The position numbers and the translations under genes were made by a program. Below the pieces are notes generated by a model. It was not told the origin of the DNA, did no database searches, and worked only from the letters and a program-made list of their open reading frames with translations. A DNA stretch of 27,418 nucleotides, taken from the IMG/VR virus record IMGVR_UViG_3300035680_000075, positions 1-27,418 of that record; one strand, written 5' to 3'. Source of the DNA: a virus. Taxonomy: Duplodnaviria > Caudoviricetes. Positions 9,220 through 15,938 of this stretch are shown one piece after another. The stretch's first letter is position 1. Each line of letters begins with the position of its first letter.

Positions 9220-10502
9220 GTGCAATAACACAATTTAACCTATTTAGGCGAAATAATGGAGATGTCTATATTCAAGGCGGGATTTTTGTTGATTTAACTA
9301 GACCAACTACTGCTGCCTACATTTTGGCATATGATTTAAACGGGATTCCAACAGGGGATTCTGATTCATTCAATCCTGCCCCGGTTCTTGCTGGGGGGAG
9401 CGGAAGAAATATCTTAATGCCTTTTTCCGGGAATCCTAATTTGCCATTTGGAGTATTTAGACCAATATCTGATTACAAGTGGACAAATGATTCGATGCCG
9501 GGAGGTTTTTATATTGAGTTTAACCAATCAACGGGGAATCTTGATTTTAAGAATGCAACAGGAACTATTGCAACCGCTCCGCTAGGATCAATAGCTATAA
9601 ATAATCGCGCACCAGCAAGCGCAACGGTTAGTCATTCAGGCCCGGGATCACAAATTATTACAATCGATCTTGGATCTGCAACTGGAACGACAAATTTCAC
9701 ATATACATCTGTCACCGGGAATACGAATTTTAATGTTACATGGAATGGCGTTAGCAGATTTAGCGGATCCGGAAGCGGAACTACATCATTCAATAAAAAT
9801 CTAGCAAGCCCGACCACCGCAACCGTTGAAGTTTCCGCCATTGGCGATGGCGCAACTTCAACATTTAATCTCGGTGTCCCGGGAGGCGGCGCTGCTCCAT
9901 ATGTCCCTCCGGCGCTAGGAACTGGAAGAGTTGGATTTGTAGCGTCTTCTACTTCCTACGGAAACTCCCTAAATGGGGGGGTCGCTTTTAATCTTTATCC
10001 ATTGTTTGAGAATTCGGCAAACATTAAGACTTGTAGCGTAACTGCGGAGACATCTATCGGTTCCAGCTTTGTTTTCAACTCTGATAATTATCAAAGATTT
10101 TATGATGCCACCGGGAAGGCATATGAAATAGTCATTGGGCAAACTCAAGCTGAATTCAGGGACTCTACCGATATTATAGCAGTAAAAGATACAAGCGATG
10201 ATTCCACCTTCACGGATCCAACAGGAACATATATTTCCACGACATATGGAAAAACAAAATATAGCCTAGCGGATGATTTCTTTATTGATGTCCAGCACAA
10301 TAACAACGATCCAATCCCTGCCGTTTATTTTTATATCATGAAATATTCTGCCGGGGTTTTTGTCGGGGCCGAGGGTCCGTATAGCTTGAGTTCCCTTCCA
10401 GCAAATTCCGCAACCGATAAGATATTGCCAATTGGCGAGTTCATCGGCGGCACGACAAACAAGCTATTGCAGCTATGGGAGGGTCCTGTTCTGCTGCGAT
10501 AA
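9216..10502 (+). CDS. Minor tail / baseplate protein
   Basis: 428 aa, Gly/Ser/Thr/Asn-rich beta protein, ATGA-coupled to the upstream gene. Confidence 0.55.
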   Translation: MSAITQFNLFRRNNGDVYIQGGIFVDLTRPTTAAYILAYDLNGIPTGDSDSFNPAPVLAGGSGRNILMPFSGNPNLPFGVFRPISDYKWTNDSMPGGFYIEFNQSTGNLDFKNATGTIATAPLGSIAINNRAPASATVSHSGPGSQIITIDLGSATGTTNFTYTSVTGNTNFNVTWNGVSRFSGSGSGTTSFNKNLASPTTATVEVSAIGDGATSTFNLGVPGGGAAPYVPPALGTGRVGFVASSTSYGNSLNGGVAFNLYPLFENSANIKTCSVTAETSIGSSFVFNSDNYQRFYDATGKAYEIVIGQTQAEFRDSTDIIAVKDTSDDSTFTDPTGTYISTTYGKTKYSLADDFFIDVQHNNNDPIPAVYFYIMKYSAGVFVGAEGPYSLSSLPANSATDKILPIGEFIGGTTNKLLQLWEGPVLLR

Positions 10503-10507
10503 TGTCC

Positions 10508-10536
10508 TTTACAAATCTTGCTAAATCTGCTACCTA
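10508..10536 (+). promoter_or_regulatory. Candidate internal promoter for the fibre/lysis genes
   Basis: TTTACA-N17-TACCTA with a TG extension, in the only gap before ATG 10546. Confidence 0.3.
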
Positions 10537-10545
10537 AACCGCTAT

Positions 10546-10881
10546 ATGTCAGGCACAAACCTTGATGCCCATTCTGGAGAAACATTGAGCTTATCCTTTT
10601 CCTGCAAGGACGAGACTGGCGCGGCATTCAACCTAACCGGATATTCCGCCCGGGCCAAGGTTCGTTCCACAATCGCATCCAGCGTTGTGGTGATCGATCT
10701 AACCCCGACAATCCCCAACCCGGCTAATGGTATCATTGTCGTATCGAAAACCGACGAGCAGACTGCTAATGTTCCGCCCGGCGTTTACCAATGGGATTTG
10801 GTGCTGGATACTCCATCTGGCGGGGTGATTTACATCGCTGGCGGCACAATCAAATTCCGTCAAATCGCATCACGATCATGA
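10546..10881 (+). CDS. Fibre-attachment / BppU-like Ig-fold protein
   Basis: 111 aa; GETLSLSF...FNLTGYSARAKVR...GVYQWDLVL...GGTI pattern common before phage fibres. Confidence 0.6.
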   Translation: MSGTNLDAHSGETLSLSFSCKDETGAAFNLTGYSARAKVRSTIASSVVVIDLTPTIPNPANGIIVVSKTDEQTANVPPGVYQWDLVLDTPSGGVIYIAGGTIKFRQIASRS

Positions 10882-13256
10882 GCATAGAAATCGTAGAAAT
10901 CAGATCATCATCTGATGAACCATCAATTGTTTCCATCAATCAAGGCCCATCTGGGCCGCCGAATATCCTTACAATCGGAACGGTGGAGAGTGGCGCTTCC
11001 GCATTTGCGAACATTACCGGATCATCCCCAAGCCAAGAATTGAATCTAGTTCTGCCCAAGGGTGATCAAGGCATCCAAGGTATTCAAGGCATCCAAGGCA
11101 TCCAAGGTGAGACTGGAGCCACTGGGGCGCAAGGTGACCGTGCTGGGCTGAAATACAGATTCGACACGAGCACAAGCCCCGGCGCACCGAGTCCCGGGCA
11201 TCTTAGGTTTAATAGCTCAACTTTAAGTGCTGTAACTCGGATTGCGATTCGGGATACGGATTTTGACGGCACAAGCACCAGTGCATTACTAGATTTAATT
11301 GATGACTCAACATCAGCAATCAAGGCGCGGGTTGTGATCCGTAGCAACTCAAATTCAGACACCAGTCATTTTAATTTCCTTGTCACAAGCGTAACTGACG
11401 AGGGCAATCATCATCACATCAATGGAACATACGTATCGGGTTCCGCTTTTGATAGTAACGAGATTGTCGCGTTTGATTTCTTTGTGACCGGGGACAAGGG
11501 CGATCAAGGTATCCAAGGCATCCAAGGTGAAACTGGCAGCAGTGGTGCTACCGCCCTGCTCACTGGCTATGTATCAAGCCCCGGCACGGTCGCGGCAACC
11601 GATACGGTGATTCAAGCGGTCGGCAAGCTAAACGGCAATGATGAGCTGAAAGCCCCAATAGCGTCTCTGTATCCATATATCGGCGGCAAACTGCTCACCT
11701 ACCTCGACGAGGAAGCGGCTATTGCTGACCCGTTGATTTCGGGCGGCGACATCTACCGAAAAACCGCTGGCGGCGTTGATTACGTCAACCCTGACAACGT
11801 GCCATCACTCGATCTGCGCTTTGCCGCCGACAAGACGCTGACCGCGAGGCGTGGGCCGACACCGACTTTCTCAAGAGCATCAAGTGGAACATTCGTTAAC
11901 GCTAACGGACTGATTGTCGGGAAGACGGCTGGAACTACATCTAGCATTACTCCAAACACTCAAGCAATCGGCAGTCAAGTCACTGTAACGGTTGCTTCTG
12001 GTTCTGTTGTCGGGTGGGTTGTCGGTCAAGCAATCTCGCTGATTGTTGATACTGACGGACAAGATGATCCAGATGCCACGGAGTTGTGGCTGCTTGGTAA
12101 CATTGTCAGCACCACTGATACAACTTTGGTATTTTCGGTGACATCAAGGACAACACAGGCAGGAAGTGCGACAAGTTGGACTCTTGGCTATCGCGGCCCC
12201 CGCTTCGACCACACCTCTGCTGGCGTGTGCCGTGGCTTGCTGATCGAGGAGGGGCGGACGAATTTGTATCAGCAATCTGAAGTATTTAATGATTCTTTTT
12301 GGACGAAAACAAGATCATCTATTTCCTCAAACGCAACCACAGCACCAGATGGGACTCTGACTGCGGACAAGCTTGTTGAAGACACGACAGCTTCAAACAC
12401 GCACACCATATCATCTGCTGTAACTCCACCAGCGACCGCTCACACTCTCAGCGTGTTTGCTAAAAAAGGCGAAAGAACATGGATTGTTTTGAGGCTTGGT
12501 GGCACAAACACTTTTTTCAACCTTGATGACGGAACGATTGCCGCAGGTTCTGTTAATTCTCCAACTATTACCAACTTTGGAAATGGGTGGTATCGTTGTG
12601 CAGTGACGAGCAGTTCTGGGACGCAGGGTCAGTTTTGGCTCGCCACCAATAGTACCACCACATCATATACTGGAGACGGGACAAGCGGGTTGTTCATCTG
12701 GGGCGCACAACTAGAAGCAGGGAGCTTCCCGACCTCCTACATCCCGACGACGACAGGCACATTGGCTCGCAGCGCGGATGTGTGTAGTATTACGGGGGGT
12801 GCGTTTAATAACTTCTATAATCAGAGTGAGGGGACATTGTTTGCAGATGTTACACCTCAGTCGATTGCCCAACAGGCAACTGTTTTAGCTGTTAATTCGG
12901 GTGCATCCCAAAACCAACAGGGAATCTACAAAACCAATGCTGCGTTTACGGCTGCTGGATTAAGATGGGGCGCGACAAGTGTGCTTACTGGATTTGTAAC
13001 TCAAGCGGCAATAACAACAGGAACGGATGTTGCAATATCAAGATCTAAACTGTCTTACGCATACAAACTAGATGATTTTTCGTTTGCCTATGCTGGGACT
13101 ATTGTAGGCACAGACACAAGCGGAACTTTGCCATCACCAACAACAATGCAAATTGGGAATAGGGATGGGACATTGCAAATCAATGGTCATCTAGCGTCCA
13201 TCCGCTACTACAAGAAACGCCTTCCCAACGCAAAGCTCGTCACATTAACCACATGA
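10878..13256 (+). CDS. Tail fibre / receptor-binding protein (collagen-like repeats, spike-fibre and LamG-like C-terminal domains)
   Basis: True start is ATG 10878 (ATGA overlap with the upstream stop). GxY repeats; TFSRAS...PRFDH...GLLIEEGRTN; GWYRC; WGAQLEAGSFPTSYIPTT...RSAD; C-terminal YYKKRLPNA. Confidence 0.85.
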   Translation: MSIEIVEIRSSSDEPSIVSINQGPSGPPNILTIGTVESGASAFANITGSSPSQELNLVLPKGDQGIQGIQGIQGIQGETGATGAQGDRAGLKYRFDTSTSPGAPSPGHLRFNSSTLSAVTRIAIRDTDFDGTSTSALLDLIDDSTSAIKARVVIRSNSNSDTSHFNFLVTSVTDEGNHHHINGTYVSGSAFDSNEIVAFDFFVTGDKGDQGIQGIQGETGSSGATALLTGYVSSPGTVAATDTVIQAVGKLNGNDELKAPIASLYPYIGGKLLTYLDEEAAIADPLISGGDIYRKTAGGVDYVNPDNVPSLDLRFAADKTLTARRGPTPTFSRASSGTFVNANGLIVGKTAGTTSSITPNTQAIGSQVTVTVASGSVVGWVVGQAISLIVDTDGQDDPDATELWLLGNIVSTTDTTLVFSVTSRTTQAGSATSWTLGYRGPRFDHTSAGVCRGLLIEEGRTNLYQQSEVFNDSFWTKTRSSISSNATTAPDGTLTADKLVEDTTASNTHTISSAVTPPATAHTLSVFAKKGERTWIVLRLGGTNTFFNLDDGTIAAGSVNSPTITNFGNGWYRCAVTSSSGTQGQFWLATNSTTTSYTGDGTSGLFIWGAQLEAGSFPTSYIPTTTGTLARSADVCSITGGAFNNFYNQSEGTLFADVTPQSIAQQATVLAVNSGASQNQQGIYKTNAAFTAAGLRWGATSVLTGFVTQAAITTGTDVAISRSKLSYAYKLDDFSFAYAGTIVGTDTSGTLPSPTTMQIGNRDGTLQINGHLASIRYYKKRLPNAKLVTLTT
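11061..11137 (+). repeat. 9-nt tandem repeat (CAAGGCATC-like) encoding collagen GIQ repeats
   Basis: caaggcatc caaggtatt caaggcatc caaggcatc caaggtgag from 11067; a second shorter copy lies at about 11505-11536. Confidence 0.9.
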
Positions 13257-13579
13257 TCGCCGACTACCTGCTGAAATTCCCCGACCGCGCCACCGCAGTC
13301 CAGTTCGGACTCGCCAACGGCTTCGCTGTAATCGACGACGAGGGCAACGAGCAAATCACCCTCGCGTCCCACGAATACGCGCTTTGCATCATTGGCGAGC
13401 ACAACGGCGATGGGCAATGGTGGGTTCTCTTCCGCGATCTCGTCGGCATCCCGATTCCAGAGGGCGGCGAGCAGTTTATTTTCTGGGCTAGCGACTTCAC
13501 CGTGGACGACGAGGACGGCAACCCTGTCCCAGTCCCAAGACCAATCTCTGACGATGTCCCCAACATCTGGTGGGCATAA
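13253..13579 (+). CDS. Putative tail fibre assembly chaperone
   Basis: 108 aa acidic protein, ATGA-coupled to the fibre; DYLLKFPD N-terminus and P..P...WA C-terminus like other post-fibre proteins. Confidence 0.55.
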   Translation: MIADYLLKFPDRATAVQFGLANGFAVIDDEGNEQITLASHEYALCIIGEHNGDGQWWVLFRDLVGIPIPEGGEQFIFWASDFTVDDEDGNPVPVPRPISDDVPNIWWA

Positions 13580-13596
13580 CTTAACATAACAAATAT

Positions 13597-13752
13597 ATGA
13601 AAACTACCGCACTCGGCATTCTCACTATCGTCGCAACGCTCGCTAATGTGGGCGTTCAAGTCCTCAAAGGTGGCAACCCTGATTTCATGGGTGCTATCGC
13701 TGCACTCACCGCAGGTTTCGGACTTGTTAAAGCGCAAGATCAACGCAGGTAA
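13597..13752 (+). CDS. Putative holin (51 aa, two TM segments; absent from the ORF track)
   Basis: MKTTALGILTIVATLANVGVQVLKGGNPDFMGAIAALTAGFGLVKAQDQRR*; AAATATATG start context; basic C-terminus; stop overlaps the next ATG. Confidence 0.7.
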   Translation: MKTTALGILTIVATLANVGVQVLKGGNPDFMGAIAALTAGFGLVKAQDQRR

Positions 13753-13952
13753 TGACTATCCCTGTTGAATGGATCCTCGGTGTCTTGATCGGCCTTGGTA
13801 GCGTAATTGCTACCTTGGCCGGGTTACTCTGGCGCACCATGAACAATCGATTGGAGGCGCAAGATCGGATCATTAGCAATCTGCAAAATGAAGTTGCTAG
13901 GCTATCCAAAGGATGCGGCATGGATTCCTGCATCTGGAGGCGGATTGCTTGA
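13752..13952 (+). CDS. Single-TM membrane protein with coiled coil (lysis accessory: holin/antiholin/spanin-like)
   Basis: 66 aa; hydrophobic WILGVLIGLGSVIATLAGLLW followed by a heptad-like stretch and two Cys; sits between holin and endolysin. Confidence 0.55.
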   Translation: MTIPVEWILGVLIGLGSVIATLAGLLWRTMNNRLEAQDRIISNLQNEVARLSKGCGMDSCIWRRIA

Positions 13953-13992
13953 CTTACGCGCGATAGGTCAAGCTCAACTTGACTTACTCAAC

Positions 13993-14556
13993 ATGACTTA
14001 CAACGAGATCTATCATCTGCAAAAGCGGGTTGGAGCGACTCCAGACGGATTCTGGGGACCGGAGTCTATTCGGTCTTGCAAGGCGCATCTTCGTGCAATG
14101 ATGCCTTCCGTAAATCCTTGGCCGAAATCAGACCAAGGAAGCCTGATGGAATTCTACGGCAACCCGGGGGATGAATCAAAGCTCGTCTCAATTGATGTCT
14201 CCGGACTCGGCGTGAGGTATGATGGGCAAAAGGTCAAATCCATCCGCTGCCATCGCAATGTCTCCGACTCCCTTCTTCGCGTCCTTGTGGCGCTAGATGG
14301 CGGAATCTGCGCGCGGATCCTTGGTCAATATGCTGGCGTTTATAACAACCGCCCGATGCGCGGGGGATCGCTTCCATCGCTTCACGCTCGGGGCGCGGCA
14401 ATCGATTTGGATCCATCACCGAACGGAAACCATCGGGCTTGGCCCACCAACGCAACCATGCCGATTCAGGTGATGGAAGAGTTCGCCAAGGAAGGTTGGC
14501 TCGGTCTTGGTTGGGCGATAGGCCGGGACGCGATGCACTTTCAAGCTACGCAATAG
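13993..14556 (+). CDS. Endolysin, M15-family peptidase with N-terminal peptidoglycan-binding motif
   Basis: LQKRVGATPDGFWGP (PG-binding), YNNRPMRGG..SLHARGAAIDLD and DAMHFQ Zn-ligand motifs. Start at ATG 13993. Confidence 0.85.
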   Translation: MTYNEIYHLQKRVGATPDGFWGPESIRSCKAHLRAMMPSVNPWPKSDQGSLMEFYGNPGDESKLVSIDVSGLGVRYDGQKVKSIRCHRNVSDSLLRVLVALDGGICARILGQYAGVYNNRPMRGGSLPSLHARGAAIDLDPSPNGNHRAWPTNATMPIQVMEEFAKEGWLGLGWAIGRDAMHFQATQ

Positions 14557-14570
14557 AATAAAAAATCTTA

Positions 14571-15368
14571 ATGATAAAAACTAAATCGAAGATCGTGCTA
14601 TTATTGTCCGATCTGCATATCGGATCATCTGTCGGTCTTTGGCCGGAAGGTTTTATATCCAATGAAGGATTTCCTATTGGGCAGAATAAATTTCAAAAGT
14701 GGTTGTGGAAATGCTGGAACGATATGCTCGGATGGGCATCATGCACAATTGGCGATGAGAATTTTGATCTGGTGCTAAATGGTGATCTTGTGGAAGGCAT
14801 TCACCATCGAACCCTTCAGGTTATGAGCGCCGATGTTGGCGACCAAACAACTGCCGTTCTGGATGTCCTTTCAACTTTATCGGCTAGGGCTTCCCTCGTC
14901 CATGCGGTCAAGGGAACGGAGGTCCATACTCGAAATGATGAGATCCGGATCGGCGCTGCTCTTAATTCCACCCGGGATCCGCAGACCGGGCAACACGCAT
15001 GGGATAGGCTGGATCTTGATGTCCACGGATGCCTTTGCAGCTTTGCGCATCATATTGGAACGACAAGCAGACCATATCTTGAAGCAGCGCAGCATTCAAT
15101 CAATCTAGGCGTTGAGATTCACGAAGCCGCACGGATGGGACGACCAATCCCAAAAGTAATTTGCCGGGCGCACAGGCATCGGCATGGCATCTGGAGCGAT
15201 GGTAATTCTATGTCTGTCGTGACCGGAGCGTGGCAGGGAATCACAAGGTTCGGGCGCAAGGTTGTCCCGGCTGCTGTTCCTCAACCTAGTGCCGTAATCC
15301 TTGATTGGCGCAATGTCGATAAGGGAGAGCTGCCAATCATCCATCCTAGGGTTTATATTGCAAAATAA
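14571..15368 (+). CDS. Calcineurin-like metallophosphoesterase
   Basis: SDLHIG, NGDLVEG, GTEVH, AHH and AHRH metal-binding motifs in the canonical order. Confidence 0.8.
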   Translation: MIKTKSKIVLLLSDLHIGSSVGLWPEGFISNEGFPIGQNKFQKWLWKCWNDMLGWASCTIGDENFDLVLNGDLVEGIHHRTLQVMSADVGDQTTAVLDVLSTLSARASLVHAVKGTEVHTRNDEIRIGAALNSTRDPQTGQHAWDRLDLDVHGCLCSFAHHIGTTSRPYLEAAQHSINLGVEIHEAARMGRPIPKVICRAHRHRHGIWSDGNSMSVVTGAWQGITRFGRKVVPAAVPQPSAVILDWRNVDKGELPIIHPRVYIAK

Positions 15369-15369
15369 T

Positions 15370-15612
15370 ATGGCAAAGAAAATAGGGAATCTCAATTCTT
15401 TACAGTTTGCTTTATCTAAACTAATTGATGAGCCGATGCGAGAAGATGAATTTACTTGTGCTGACTTCTATGCCGAAGCCATAAAAATCGATCCAGCTTT
15501 GACGAAAACTCAAGCGCAAAATCGAATTCGCAGGATGCTCGCAAACGGGGAACTTGTATGCCGAAAAGTTAGTCATAATGGCAAACAAGCGAACGCTTAT
15601 ACCAAAGTGTGA
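15370..15612 (+). CDS. Small winged-helix-like protein
   Basis: True start ATG 15370 (AAAATAATATG); 80 aa; EFT..DF...TQAQNRIRRMLANGELVCRKV pattern. Confidence 0.5.
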   Translation: MAKKIGNLNSLQFALSKLIDEPMREDEFTCADFYAEAIKIDPALTKTQAQNRIRRMLANGELVCRKVSHNGKQANAYTKV

Positions 15613-15851
15613 TCAATCAATCCGACATTGATTGGGAGACTCAATTTGCGGTCTTATGGTTCCGCAATCAGGCGAAGCCATGCTTTACCTGTGGGAAGCA
15701 GCCAGATCATGATTATCAGCCCGGGGCAAGGCTCATATGGTGCGGAGGCGATAAATGCGCTAGATCCGTGACAGACTCCGGATTATCCCGGGGATTTATA
15801 GATTGGAATTCTATTCAAAATAGGCTTGCAATGTCTAAAAGGAAAAAATAA
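15609..15851 (+). CDS. Zn-binding protein (Lar restriction-alleviation-like)
   Basis: KPCFTCGKQP...IWCGGDKC...WN; GTGA overlap with the upstream gene. Confidence 0.45.
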   Translation: MINQSDIDWETQFAVLWFRNQAKPCFTCGKQPDHDYQPGARLIWCGGDKCARSVTDSGLSRGFIDWNSIQNRLAMSKRKK

Positions 15852-15896
15852 TCTTCCCTTGGTTCGCTTTGGTTCGCGTTCCCATGTTTCATGGTT

Positions 15897-15934
15897 CCGC
15901 CCCGGAGGTTAAAAACTCCGGGGCGGTTACTTTT
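15897..15934 (+). terminator. Rho-independent terminator between the convergent arms
   Basis: Perfect 11-bp stem CCGCCCCGGAG / CTCCGGGGCGG with an 8-nt loop, followed by TTACTTTT. Confidence 0.85.
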
Positions 15935-15938
15935 ACGA

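Noticed and set aside
10791-10877. N-terminal extension of the fibre ORF
   Set aside because: Overlaps the upstream gene out of frame; ATGA coupling at 10878 is a better start.
1468-13579. Diversity-generating retroelement (suggested by the BPP-1-like capsid)
   Set aside because: No reverse transcriptase and no TR/VR repeat pair with adenine-specific mismatches seen in the window.
13264-13743. 159-aa minus-strand ORF
   Set aside because: Antisense to the chaperone and holin genes in a uniformly plus-strand operon.
13888-13992. N-terminal extension of the endolysin
   Set aside because: Overlaps the membrane-protein gene; the PG-binding motif begins right after ATG 13993.
15859-15877. TTGGTTCGC direct repeat before the terminator
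   Set aside because: Only two 9-nt copies; resembles the GAACCAA leader motif on the minus strand, but no ORF follows, so it is not supportable.
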